A stretch of 64,000 nucleotides of DNA from Candidatus Latescibacterota bacterium (GCA_965204375.1 OZ241986.1:5216001-5280000), one strand, 5' to 3'; shown: positions 1 to 10,925, counted from the first letter of the stretch. Notes: a model not told the origin generated them from the sequence alone. Numbers and translations are program-made.

Positions 1-38
1 CTCCAGAACAACCGTGAGAATATCCTGCCGAAGTCCGC

Positions 39-3000
39 GTTTCAATACCCCAGTAGTCGGGTAATCCTTCCTGATATGGGAAGGTATTCACCTGATGATA
101 TTGCGCGGGCAAGTTTCAATACCCCAGTAGTCGGGTAATCCTTCCTGATAAAATGAGCACAGCGTGCTGCTGACCATTCCGTTCACGTTTCAATACCCCA
201 GTAGTCGGGTAATCCTTCCTGATATTGGCGTGAGGGCCGATGATCGCTGGGCGCCAAGCAGGTTTCAATACCCCAGTAGTCGGGTAATCCTTCCTGATAT
301 TGCCGGTGGTGTAGCAGCTGGTGTTGGGGGTCTCGGGTTTCAATACCCCAGTAGTCGGGTAATCCTTCCTGATGAGGACAACTCGCCGGTTAATTGGGAC
401 AAGGCAGATTGTTTCAATACCCCAGTAGTCGGGTAATCCTTCCTGATGGGGAAGGGGCAGACCAAGAACTTAACTGGTGGGAAGTTTCAATACCCCAGTA
501 AGCGGGTAATCCCTCCTGATTTCGATGTTTTCCACACGTCGCTATGAGCATCATATCACCACGTTTCAATACCCCAGTAAGCGGGTAATCCTTCCTGATT
601 ATTTTGATATGCAGATGTCACACGTCTATCTGTCTGAAGTTTCAATACCCCAGTAAGCGGGTAATCCCTCCTGATCAGGCATGCGCGCTGGCAAGGCATT
701 GCTGGACGTGAAAGGTTTCAATACCCCAGTAAGCGGGTAATCCCTCCTGATTTATGGGTGCATTAGCGCAGAGTTTGATTGGGTAGATGATGTTTCAATA
801 CCCCAGTAAGCGGGTAATCCCTCCTGATATGTAAAATCTTTCGGCGTAAGCGTTCGCGTAGAGGAGTTTCAATACCCCAGTAAGCGGGTAATCCCTCCTG
901 ATTAGGAACGGAATCAAATTCAGCATAGGGCGCAGAACAATGACGTTTCAATACCCCAGTAAGCGGGTAATCCTTCCTGATAAGACAGCAAAACAAAGTA
1001 CGCTTGGGCCTTCTGCTATTAGTTTCAATACCCCAGTAAGCGGGTAATCCTTCCTGATCCGAACGGCTAAATTTAGCTTTCTATTTCTTCGTTTCGGTTT
1101 CAATACCCCAGTAAGCGGGTAATCCTTCCTGATGAGATATTAAGGCGTGCCGGACACGCTTGGCTTCCCATTTGTTTCAATACCCCAGTAAGCGGGTAAT
1201 CCTTCCTGATTTCTGGGCGTCAAACGACCTAACTTACTCATCCGACTATGTTTCAATACCCCAGTAAGCGGGTAATCCTTCCTGATCCGCATTATATACG
1301 GACAATCAAGAGACTGTTCTCAAGTTTCAATACCCCAGTAAGCGGGTAATCCTTCCTGATGAAATCCCAACTTGGTAACGCTTGCGCGTCTCGAAAATCT
1401 GTTTCAATACCCCAGTAAGCGGGTAATCCTTCCTGATTACGTGACGCCAACTTCGGAATACACCCCAGCGAATGGAGGTTTCAATACCCCAGTAAGCGGG
1501 TAATCCTTCCTGATGATCGTATCAAGCAGGCACTCGAAGATGGGTGGCATCAGAGTTTCAATACCCCAGTAAGCGGGTAATCCTTCCTGATGGTCGAGGT
1601 AAAGATAGAGGCGTTTGACCACAAGACAAAGTTTCAATACCCCAGTAAGCGGGTAATCCTTCCTGATTATTTCGCACAAATGCAAGTGGAAGTAGTTGTG
1701 TCACAAGTTTCAATACCCCAGTAAGCGGGTAATCCTTCCTGATTGAAGCTGAAATTTCGGCGACTGCTAACATCTTTGACATGTTTCAATACCCCAGTAA
1801 GCGGGTAATCCTTCCTGATAATTTGATCAGGCACTTGCACAGTTGCGACTCATCGAAAGGTTTCAATACCCCAGTAAGCGGGTAATCCTTCCTGATGGGA
1901 CAATCTCAAATTGCCGGACGGTGAGCAGATGAAAATGTTTCAATACCCCAGTAAGCGGGTAATCCTTCCTGATCTGCTCCCCGAACCGATGGAACAGAGC
2001 GACGAAATCACCGAGTTTCAATACCCCAGTAAGCGGGTAATCCTTCCTGATAAAGAGGGGCAAAAAACGGTTGACCTCTTACGCTCTTACGTTTCAATAC
2101 CCCAGTAAGCGGGTAATCCTTCCTGATGCGACTAACATCTTTGACATCTCCGACATTGCTTGGGAAGTTTCAATACCCCAGTAAGCGGGTAATCCTTCCT
2201 GATCGGAACTGAAGATGATGACGAGTGCGCGGTCCTGGGATAAAGTTTCAATACCCCAGTAAGCGGGTAATCCTTCCTGATAAATAGACGCGAAAGTAAC
2301 CAAAGTTTTTGACGGCAAAATGTTTCAATACCCCAGTAAGCGGGTAATCCTTCCTGATAGGGCAAGGTGGAGTCATCGTAAATATGCTTCAAGTTTCAAT
2401 ACCCCAGTAAGCGGGTAATCCTTCCTGATTTAACCATCCCCTTTTAAAAGCATGTGTAAGTGGATCAAGTTTCAATACCCCAGTAAGCGGGTAATCCTTC
2501 CTGATGAGCGATGAGAAGAAAGCTCGACTGCAAAACGTGATTGAGTTTCAATACCCCAGTAAGCGGGTAATCCTTCCTGATGAAGTGAGGGTGTATATAG
2601 GCGGTGCTTGGATGGGTTTCAATACCCCAGTAAGCGGGTAATCCTTCCTGATTCCTTATAGAGGATGGCTACGATAATCAGATGGGTTACAAGTTTCAAT
2701 ACCCCAGTAAGCGGGTAATCCTTCCTGATGAGGAGCGCATTAGCGATTTGGAGGTTGCGCTTAATGAGTATATTAAAGTTTCAATACCCCAGTAAGCGGG
2801 TAATCCTTCCTGATGAACATGGCTATTGAGTTTGGACCTGACGTTGAGTTGGTGTTTCAATACCCCAGTAAGCGGGTAATCCTTCCTGATGATTGGGCGC
2901 GTGCAGTGGTTGCGTGTGCTGATGAAGATAGTTTCAATACCCCAGTAAGCGGGTAATCCTTCCTGATTTCTCCGTTTGTGGTGGTTCTGTGACTGTCTTT

Positions 3001-3961
3001 TTCCAAGTTTCAATACCCCAGTAAGCGGGTAATCCTTCCTGATTATGTGTGCAAAACTTTGTCGAGTCTGGTCTTGAACGAGTTTCAATACCCCAGTAAG
3101 CGGGTAATCCTTCCTGATTTGCACACTTCAGTCTGGAAAAACTTTCAACGTGAACAGTTTCAATACCCCAGTAAGCGGGTAATCCTTCCTGATGACGATA
3201 TGGTGGAACAAGTACTGGCGGCGGCGCACAGCATGTTTCAATACCCCAGTAAGCGGGTAATCCTTCCTGATTGGATGAGTGGAAGCAGAGTTGCTTGGCT
3301 TGCGAAGAGTTTCAATACCCCAGTAAGCGGGTAATCCTTCCTGATTTGGCGGAGTGTGTTACGGCCACAACAAACCGTAGTGTATAGGTTTCAATACCCC
3401 AGTAAGCGGGTAATCCTTCCTGATGAGCAGGCTGAGTGGATGAGTGGTTTGGGTGGTGAACGTGGAGTTTCAATACCCCAGTAAGCGGGTAATCCTTCCT
3501 GATGTGAGCGCGGCGGGATTGAGTTGGACAGAACGCGGCGCAATGGTTTCAATACCCCAGTAAGCGGGTAATCCTTCCTGATTATCAGGAGTAGTTGGTA
3601 TAGCGATTGAATCCCTATTGGTTTCAATACCCCAGTAAGCGGGTAATCCTTCCTGATGGACGGGTATTTTGTGGCGACACTCCACCGGACTACTACAGTT
3701 TCAATACCCCAGTAAGCGGGTAATCCTTCCTGATAACGCGGTTGAATGGTCTCGCACGTCTCGCGGAGGCCAGTTTCAATACCCCAGTAAGCGGGTAATC
3801 CTTCCTGATTCACTGACGGTATCGCGAGGGACAAATCAGTTGGTAGATTTGTTTCAATACCCCAGTAAGCGGGTAATCCTTCCTGATATCATTGACCCGT
3901 TTGGGGAAGAGGAAGTTTTTATTTGTTTCAATACCCCAGTAAGCGGGTAATCCTTCCTGAT
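39..3961 (-). CRISPR. CRISPR array 1 (type III-associated), ~52 repeats of 37 bp, spacers ~34-48 bp; probably continues left of the window
   Basis: Repeat GTTTCAATACCCCAGTAAGCGGGTAATCCTTCCTGAT on +; the reverse complement ends in ATTGAAAC (typical crRNA 5' tag). Variant repeats are at the low-coordinate end and the AT-rich leader and cas genes at the high end, so transcription is on the minus strand. Confidence 0.98.
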
Positions 3962-4260
3962 ACCATCTGCGTTATTTCCTCTCTCGCAGACGGTTACAAG
4001 GCGGTTTGCGACTCAGGCCATTTTGACATACAAAATCCTCCAAAAAATGAAAATCTGCGTTCAAGTTTATGCTCATAATACACACTCCTGCAAAAGGTTA
4101 GAAATTTGCGACCCACCAGAACATGAGGAAATGCCTCTAATCCCTACGCGCGTTATTCACTACACGCTCAAACTGCCAAAGTGACATTGACAGACACATC
4201 TGGGTCGCATCCAATGGCTTTAAATAGTCTGCAATCTGTCAAATAATATGTTCACTCTGA
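3962..4260 (-). promoter_or_regulatory. CRISPR leader of array 1
   Basis: AT-rich region with no long ORF between the last consensus repeat and the last cas-associated gene. Confidence 0.8.
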
Positions 4261-4265
4261 TCCGA

Positions 4266-5390
4266 TTATACCTCCTCTATCCAGTCGTTGAGATCGGCCA
4301 CAATGCCGGGTAATACATCCTGATCATCTGTTGTTGTATGCACCTTAAATTTCACGCAATAGGTTCCGTTGGAGTATATGCCCTGGACTTCCCCACCCGA
4401 TGGTCGAAACCGAGTTGATTCAGGCAGGTCCGGGTTCCAATACGTTGAGTGGCAAAAGCGGACATAAGGCACCTCATCTATGAGCTTTTGCAGGAACCGC
4501 AAAATGGGAGTACGCGCTTGTCCATATCCATGGTGACCCAAATTGGGAATCTGCTTCTCATTTTCTGTTGCTGGCCGCGGAAGACTTTGGGCTTTTATCT
4601 GCTGAAAACGGGTTCGGAAGGTCTCGTGAAAAATCTGGCCCGTCGCGGAGAGTTCCAGATAGTTCTCGCCATCGATTTCCTCGCGGTTGACCAGTGGCTC
4701 AAAGCGTTCATCCCAATCTTCGCGATACTGTTCCCACGGAACAATATCGCCTTTGCCAAGTACCATAAACATGCCGCTGGCTCGCTGCCAGATCGAAAAA
4801 TCGAGTGCCACTGGCATAGGTGGAAACGGAATAATGGCATCAAAGCGTTCATGCTTGTAATACACGGGAATGTCGAGTGCCTGGCCCATCAAAACGGCAA
4901 TGGCGATCTGGGCTTTATAGCCACCTGTCGCGTTAATTGCGCAAAAGGCTGCTCCAGTTTCACGCACTCGTTCACCAAAAATTTTTGCCAGATTGCGTAA
5001 GCCATGCGTGCGAAAAGCTCGAGGGTCATCATCGCGCAAACCTTCTACGCAATGGGTTGTTACTTGCCAACCATCCGATTGGAAGTAGAATTGTAAAATT
5101 TCCGCAATCGCCTGTCCATCATCCGTATCAGAATGGAGCAGATGGAGGTGGACTTGTTCAATAAACTCCTCTTTGAGAAGGTCCGTTACTGAGTTGATTT
5201 CTGCGCCGCAGAGCCTATCCATTGGCTTTAGTTCGTGCAACAATTCCGCTACTTTCTGCCAGTCTTTTAGGACATACGCCTGGGCCAAAGCAGCGAGGAT
5301 GGGGTCGGGGTCCGCATCCTTGAGCCTGGACAGATTGGGATAGAACAAACTCGTCCCAATGGTGCAGAGGAGTGTATGAGGTTTTGGCAT
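4266..5390 (-). CDS. CRISPR-associated CARF protein, APE2256/Crn1-like family, with wHTH-like linker and an uncharacterised C-terminal domain
   Basis: N-terminal LLCTIGTSL, LLHSDTDDG and INATGGYKAQ...VYYKHERF motifs typical of APE2256-family CARF; last gene of the cas operon. Confidence 0.85.
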   Translation of the reverse strand: MPKPHTLLCTIGTSLFYPNLSRLKDADPDPILAALAQAYVLKDWQKVAELLHELKPMDRLCGAEINSVTDLLKEEFIEQVHLHLLHSDTDDGQAIAEILQFYFQSDGWQVTTHCVEGLRDDDPRAFRTHGLRNLAKIFGERVRETGAAFCAINATGGYKAQIAIAVLMGQALDIPVYYKHERFDAIIPFPPMPVALDFSIWQRASGMFMVLGKGDIVPWEQYREDWDERFEPLVNREEIDGENYLELSATGQIFHETFRTRFQQIKAQSLPRPATENEKQIPNLGHHGYGQARTPILRFLQKLIDEVPYVRFCHSTYWNPDLPESTRFRPSGGEVQGIYSNGTYCVKFKVHTTTDDQDVLPGIVADLNDWIEEV

Positions 5391-5478
5391 AAGGTACTCT
5401 CTAATCAAGGTATGACACGGGTCACTCTGCCCGTGTTGTCCACGCGTTGCACTTTCACCTTAACCGGATTCCAGTGAG

Positions 5479-7050
5479 TTATATTGGAATGACAGGCACA
5501 CGGAACACCTCAAACTTCGATTTATCGTAGGCGTCCAGAAATAGGCGTTTGGCTTTGTTCTGCCTGGTCATCCCCTGTAATACAGTAAGCGTTATCTCTG
5601 CTTCAATCTCTTTTTCCAGATCGATATCCGTGATTAGGGTATGATAAACCGCATCGATATTTGCCCGTTGTGCTGCAAAAAGTGTCAATACAGCCATCCC
5701 TTTGCGCCCACCAGATAAGGATAGATAGATACTTTTATCTGGGGCATCTCCCTGTGCATTCTCAATGACAGAGATCAGTTTTTTGAGATAGATCTCACAA
5801 TCGTCATCAGACGTGACATCTTTAATATCCGTAATGGAAATAGGTTCAAAGTCTATCCGTTTTCGCCTAAACGCCTCCTTCAGCAGGTTCACTCCGTTGC
5901 GAATCTCGGCATTGTTGGGATAAACGACGATGACTTTTTTGAGGTTGGCCTTTTCTCGTTCAGAAAGTAAAGAGAAGGTTTGCGTCACAACCATGGGCGA
6001 TTTTCCAAGTGGAGCAATTAGGATGCTATTGTTTTCGAGTTCATTCACCTGTACACATTTGGGGTGGTTTTTTGACCAAAGTTCCCTTTTTCCATTAGCA
6101 ATGTCTTGATAAGTGGTATTCTTCAACGCGATTTCACAGACTACAACTTCGCCATTGGTTCGATAATAGAATGGGCGTTCAGCGGTCTTTCCCATTTTGA
6201 ATGGCGTGCAATCTGTTTTTGCATTGGCCAATGATTTACCGCGACTTTCTAGCCGTTGCGGATACCGCATAGCTCTAAAACAGTTCCTCAATCGTTTTTG
6301 GGTATCACCACCACGTATTTTTTTTAGCTGCTGATGGGCTGCTTCGGAAAGATAAACATCGAGAAGTTGGATTTTCTCTTTTTGATTGGTTTCTTCTTGC
6401 TGAAAAATCTCGCGATAAAACGCATCTAGCTCACCCTCAATTTCAATGGGGGTCGGTGCATTCGGGTCAGATTGTGTCTCACTGAAGTATTTTCGAAGGA
6501 CAGTGCTATTTGATAAGCGTGGATAGGGAATCTCTACAAGGATCAGGTCATCGTCAGGCGGACTCAATTTTGCCTTTTGTTTCGCTTCCTCAAATTCAAA
6601 TAATTCCTCAATAGAATGGAAATTTCGCTTATTGGGATTATCTTCATGTTTATCCAGAATATGGTACAATCCACAAACGCATTCGAAGAACTGACACGTC
6701 ACGGCCATTAGTGAGGACATGTTCTTGCGTCCACCAGCAAGGGAAAGATAGACTTGATCTTCCTCATATTCGTGGGATTCGATTAAACCCGACAAAATCT
6801 GAAGAAATTTCATTGATGTTTCGCGGCTATTTGTGTCGGAAAACGGTAGGATACATTGATTGACATCGCATTGCTCTTCAAGATGTTCTTTGACCATTTC
6901 ATAGCCCAAGTCAATTAGTTTTTCGCTTTGCGGATGGATGACGTGTAGTAGATCAACCGGTATCCCCTTCTTCGTTTGCAATGCTTTCACCATTGAGGTG
7001 ACGACAATCGGAGATTCACCAAGCGTTGCAATCAGAACATTCTTCGCCAT
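5479..7050 (-). CDS. Tandem CARF protein (NE0113/Csx14-like) with a central RelE/ParE-like domain
   Basis: Two CARF repeats (LIATLGESP...YLSLAGGRKNM...LYHIL; LIAPLGKSP...YLSLSGGRKGM...VYHTL) flank VYLSEAAHQQLKKI...RLRNCFRAMRYP...RPFYYR...VVVCEI. Confidence 0.8.
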   Translation of the reverse strand: MAKNVLIATLGESPIVVTSMVKALQTKKGIPVDLLHVIHPQSEKLIDLGYEMVKEHLEEQCDVNQCILPFSDTNSRETSMKFLQILSGLIESHEYEEDQVYLSLAGGRKNMSSLMAVTCQFFECVCGLYHILDKHEDNPNKRNFHSIEELFEFEEAKQKAKLSPPDDDLILVEIPYPRLSNSTVLRKYFSETQSDPNAPTPIEIEGELDAFYREIFQQEETNQKEKIQLLDVYLSEAAHQQLKKIRGGDTQKRLRNCFRAMRYPQRLESRGKSLANAKTDCTPFKMGKTAERPFYYRTNGEVVVCEIALKNTTYQDIANGKRELWSKNHPKCVQVNELENNSILIAPLGKSPMVVTQTFSLLSEREKANLKKVIVVYPNNAEIRNGVNLLKEAFRRKRIDFEPISITDIKDVTSDDDCEIYLKKLISVIENAQGDAPDKSIYLSLSGGRKGMAVLTLFAAQRANIDAVYHTLITDIDLEKEIEAEITLTVLQGMTRQNKAKRLFLDAYDKSKFEVFRVPVIPI

Positions 7051-7108
7051 AGTTAAAACTTCCTTTGGAATTTACGATGTGCGGCTAATCAATGTTTTAG
7101 GATTTTTG

Positions 7109-8077
7109 TCAAACTCTGCTTGACCTGGGATAATGATATTCCGTGTTATCATTTGGATCCCATCGCCAGATGCGACGGAGCGCGTTAAGTGTTTTTGAGG
7201 CTGTGTTATTTCTAAACGATTGAGTCTGCTGTAATAGATAGGCTTCTAAACGCCTTCCTTCCACATGCTCTACCTCCTGATTGACTGTGTAACGACTGGC
7301 GTAGTCAATCAGCGTGAGTTTTGTGATTTCAAAGTGGACGCTACCCAGTCCCGCAGGTTTAGCGTAACCGAGTTTATGGCGCATATCCGGTTCGAGAACA
7401 AGTGCGTAGAGGAGCGTCTGCAATTCGACAGCTTCAAGATTTATAAACTGTGCTGAGAATGCGAATTGACTCTCCTTATTAATCGGCTTGATGTGTTGAT
7501 TAACTCGACTTTTTTGGTTTGTAGTCTGTATTCCAAGCGGTTGATGAAAGTAGAACTTTCGTCCTGCAATATGTCGCCTTTTGGGATCAAAGTAGAGTGC
7601 CCCCTGACCTGGTTTGGGGGCCATGAGCGCGATGGTATAAACTGCCCCATGCTCGTGTATCTTGACTTCAACGGCATCATTGAATGAGACCTTACCGAGT
7701 ATTGATCCTTGAATTGTTCCGAACATTCGACAACCGATGCACAACTTATCGGTGTTACATTTGTGGAAATCGCTTGGCAATTTATTGTTATATTTCTTAT
7801 CAAACAGCAGAAAACAGCCGTTGCCAATCGTTTCCACTAAGTTGCGGAAAAGCCCTTTGAGCGAACTTCCGGGGATAATGTGCTGCTTCTGTTCGTTCTG
7901 GATAAAAGGCTCTGCGCCCTGGTTCTTTTTCGGTGAGTGAAAAATGAAAACGGGTGTCTCTGCTGTAATTGTTCCTTCAATTTTTCCGGATACGCCACTG
8001 AATCTATCATGTGGCAAAGGGCGATCACGTTCAGGGGTGCTGTTCCAGTCAATCGGTACAAAATCATAAGGATTCAT
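7109..8077 (-). CDS. Type III-D RAMP (Cas7 group, terminal Csm5-like subunit)
   Basis: MNPYDFVP start, IIPGSSLKGLFR, GRKFYFH, KLGYAKPAGLGSV G-loop. Confidence 0.9.
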   Translation of the reverse strand: MNPYDFVPIDWNSTPERDRPLPHDRFSGVSGKIEGTITAETPVFIFHSPKKNQGAEPFIQNEQKQHIIPGSSLKGLFRNLVETIGNGCFLLFDKKYNNKLPSDFHKCNTDKLCIGCRMFGTIQGSILGKVSFNDAVEVKIHEHGAVYTIALMAPKPGQGALYFDPKRRHIAGRKFYFHQPLGIQTTNQKSRVNQHIKPINKESQFAFSAQFINLEAVELQTLLYALVLEPDMRHKLGYAKPAGLGSVHFEITKLTLIDYASRYTVNQEVEHVEGRRLEAYLLQQTQSFRNNTASKTLNALRRIWRWDPNDNTEYHYPRSSRV

Positions 8078-8628
8078 GAGACTTCCTCCAGATGTCGAAA
8101 GCGGTAAAATTCCAGCGCACCGGTTTCTAAATTCAGATAATGTCGCGCAGATAATTTTATGCGGGATTTGTTATTTTCACTTGAGACAGGATAATGCAGC
8201 AACCGCGGGATTTGTAATTCGAGAAATAAGTTTGTTGTCTCTGGCTGACCAATCAATTCAAGGGTATCTTCTGTCATCTTTTCACCCCAAAGATAGTAGC
8301 TATCATCCTGATGTTCAAAATCGGACAATGCCCTGGTAGCAAGCATTGGCAACTCTTTCGGTTCACCGATGTAAATGACCGTAAAAGTGCTGTCCTGCTT
8401 TTCCCATCGCAACTCAAAATCGTCGTGAAAGATGCGTCCCTGTTCCCATGCCTCAAAGTTTTCACTTGCGTCGTATTGCCGCAGACAGATTCCTTTTTCT
8501 CGCTCATCGTCAGACAAGAAAGTGCTCGGTACACGTTCAAGCATCATCAGTGACTTTGGGGGGCAGTCCAACGCTTGGACGATCGGAAGCAGATTTTCAG
8601 TTGTTCCCCAACAGATATTTTCTATCAT
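8074..8628 (-). CDS. csx19: Csx19 (type III-D signature subunit)
   Basis: GRIF...ELRWE, YYLWGE and C-terminal YRF pattern; position between RAMP genes. Confidence 0.8.
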   Translation of the reverse strand: MIENICWGTTENLLPIVQALDCPPKSLMMLERVPSTFLSDDEREKGICLRQYDASENFEAWEQGRIFHDDFELRWEKQDSTFTVIYIGEPKELPMLATRALSDFEHQDDSYYLWGEKMTEDTLELIGQPETTNLFLELQIPRLLHYPVSSENNKSRIKLSARHYLNLETGALEFYRFRHLEEVS

Positions 8629-8630
8629 TT

Positions 8631-9680
8631 TCAGTCTCCGATACGTTGAAATTGCAGGTGTTCAAACTGCATCTTTTGAGGGATGCTCCACAACTTAATC
8701 TTATCAACAAATGATTGAACAGAGGCTTGTTTGAGGACATTGAGGCTATCATCCGAGAAAGTAGTGGTTTTGCGGATACCGTGTGTCTCCTCATTGGGTG
8801 GTGGTTGAATAGTCAATTGGTCATTCGTATCCGTACCATAAGAATTATCGCCCAGGAATTTTCCCAATCCCCACACATTCTCTGTGGGTTTTCCATTCAC
8901 TGCGCCGATGTAATTGACTGACACCTCAGAAATTTCACCCTTGACGTTTCCAAGTCCGCGTGACCTCCCAGAACCAATACGGATCAAGCCATCCTCCAAA
9001 TCTTGCACAATGAGCATTAGCATTCCGAGTTGCCATACCTCAAAGTTTCGCATGTAAATACCTGTTTCAAACGCGACACCGGACGAAACGACTTCCAAAT
9101 CGAATTTGGCTTGACCTGCTGCGCCACCAGTAAACCGATCAATGCCAACTCCATCGCGTTGCTCGGTTTTTTCTTGACTGTCTTCAGCAAGGTAGGCATC
9201 TGAGATGGCGACACGTCCAATGAACGAAGTAGAACCAAATAAGCGACATGCCGGACAAGAATCGCGATAGACATCTTTATTTAACAAATCTTCTTTTTTA
9301 CGCTGCCATTGGGCGTTGTTAATCCTCCATTGATCTCTTTGGCGCACCTCAAATTTATCGCCACACGAAACTTCAGTGTAATCGAGACAGACAAGCTGAT
9401 TTTGTTTTTTCTTTGGCTGTGTCTTGACAAATGGATTGCAAACGACACCATCTTTAAGTGTACGGATCACTTTTTCAATATGACTTCGAAAGACACCCTT
9501 CAGCGAACTCCCCGGTAGATAGACCTCTGTTTTACCATTGCGGTAAGTTCGGACAGGTGTCATATCTGGACCCGAAACAGTGCCATGTCCCGATTTGACA
9601 AGCACAGGGCCTTCAGTGTGAATTGTGAGATTGAAACGGCATTCATTAACAAGTCGCTTGAGCATTTTCTCCTCCTTCAC
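8631..9680 (-). CDS. Cas7-group RAMP (Csm3/Csx7-like)
   Basis: YLPGSSLKGVFRS, CPACRLFGS, RDGVGIDR, IGSGRSRGLG. Confidence 0.92.
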   Translation of the reverse strand: MKEEKMLKRLVNECRFNLTIHTEGPVLVKSGHGTVSGPDMTPVRTYRNGKTEVYLPGSSLKGVFRSHIEKVIRTLKDGVVCNPFVKTQPKKKQNQLVCLDYTEVSCGDKFEVRQRDQWRINNAQWQRKKEDLLNKDVYRDSCPACRLFGSTSFIGRVAISDAYLAEDSQEKTEQRDGVGIDRFTGGAAGQAKFDLEVVSSGVAFETGIYMRNFEVWQLGMLMLIVQDLEDGLIRIGSGRSRGLGNVKGEISEVSVNYIGAVNGKPTENVWGLGKFLGDNSYGTDTNDQLTIQPPPNEETHGIRKTTTFSDDSLNVLKQASVQSFVDKIKLWSIPQKMQFEHLQFQRIGD

Positions 9681-10489
9681 GCACTTTGTGAAAGTAGTGC
9701 TCCAATATGATTTTCTAGAAAACTATCCATATTATTAATTTTTTTCATTTTATCTTCGAGTGTTTTGCCGATCAGGTACTGGCGCAACCGATCATCTCTT
9801 GTCCCATCATCTGTTAAGTCCAATTCATAGCCGGCAAGATCAATGACCTGGCAGTTACCCAGTCCCCGTGAGCGCATGCCGCCGATTCCACCCATGCCGC
9901 TCGCAAACTCATTCAATCCCACGCAAGCCAAACACAGGTCGGTATCACTCGGACCCTCCAGGACGATTTCCATTTTGAATGTCGAACCAACAGAGACGAC
10001 TTCATAATCGTACTTCAACCCATCGACAGCTCGCTCACTATCTCGGTCAATCGCCACGCCATCGCGCACTTGTGTGGCTTCTGCCCATTCGTCAACGTAC
10101 AGGTCGGTAAAGAAAATTTTAGAAGCAGAAAACGGTGAGCCAAAGAGTTTGCATGTATCACATAGTTCTTCGTTAAGAATTTCTGCGAGTTTAGCTTCAC
10201 TCCAGTTACCAATCCTCCGACGGTTGTTGAAGTTTTCTTGATTGGCAGTTGGACAATCGCCTTCAGACAAAGAACAAGTGGTTCGATTTGGAATCACGCC
10301 AACCAATTTTTCAATAGTACTCCGAAACACACCTTTGAAACTGGAACCGGGTATAAAAGGCTCTCCTTCAGGTGTGAGAACAACAGGACTATCGGTGCCG
10401 CGTAGATTGATATTTCCACCGCCAATATGCATGGCGGATTTCAATTTCAATTTTCCAGTAAACACGTATTTCCTGCTCATTTCACGCAT
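9677..10489 (-). CDS. Cas7-group RAMP (Csm3/Csx7-like)
   Basis: MHIGGG, DSPV, FIPGSSFKG, CKLFGS, RDGVAIDRD, IGGMRSRGLG. Confidence 0.92.
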   Translation of the reverse strand: MREMSRKYVFTGKLKLKSAMHIGGGNINLRGTDSPVVLTPEGEPFIPGSSFKGVFRSTIEKLVGVIPNRTTCSLSEGDCPTANQENFNNRRRIGNWSEAKLAEILNEELCDTCKLFGSPFSASKIFFTDLYVDEWAEATQVRDGVAIDRDSERAVDGLKYDYEVVSVGSTFKMEIVLEGPSDTDLCLACVGLNEFASGMGGIGGMRSRGLGNCQVIDLAGYELDLTDDGTRDDRLRQYLIGKTLEDKMKKINNMDSFLENHIGALLSQSA

Positions 10490-10925
10490 TTGATAGACTC
10501 CTTTGGTAGTTGTATTCAGCGATTAAATGTTGGATAAATTCCTTCGCCAAAAGATAGGCATACCGATCAATTTCTGCACTCACTTGCCGCTTTTGAGCAC
10601 GTCCCATTTCTTTGGGTTTTACGACAAGTTGAGTCTCCTCAACCTGTTTGGGCAGTCCGTTGAGGTAATCTTTCAGGTTTTGGTAAAATTTCTTCAATTC
10701 ATCGGGGGTTGTATTCCTATTGAGTCGATTATCAATGTAGCGGAAAATTTCACCCTGATCGCTTGCGCCGACAGCGTTCCAAAGACCGCTCAATTGGGAA
10801 TTTGAGATTTTTGAGTGGGCATGCTTTGCGACAAGATCAACGGCATCACAATAGAGTTTCCCATCACTCAACAGACGGATCTGTTGCGCCTGTCCAATTG
10901 TCACTGCCATCTCATTTACCTCCAA
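10482..10925 (-). CDS. Putative small subunit (Cas11/Csm2-like)
   Basis: ~147 aa, all-helical character, SQLSGL motif, C-terminal EFIQHLIAEYNY; overlaps both neighbours in the operon. Confidence 0.65.
   Translation of the reverse strand: MEVNEMAVTIGQAQQIRLLSDGKLYCDAVDLVAKHAHSKISNSQLSGLWNAVGASDQGEIFRYIDNRLNRNTTPDELKKFYQNLKDYLNGLPKQVEETQLVVKPKEMGRAQKRQVSAEIDRYAYLLAKEFIQHLIAEYNYQRSLSNA

Noticed and set aside
116-3950. Many ORFs with repeated IRKDYPLTGVLK / FQYPSKRVILPD peptides (and the equivalent ORFs at 62646-63922)
   Set aside because: They are translations of CRISPR repeats, not genes.
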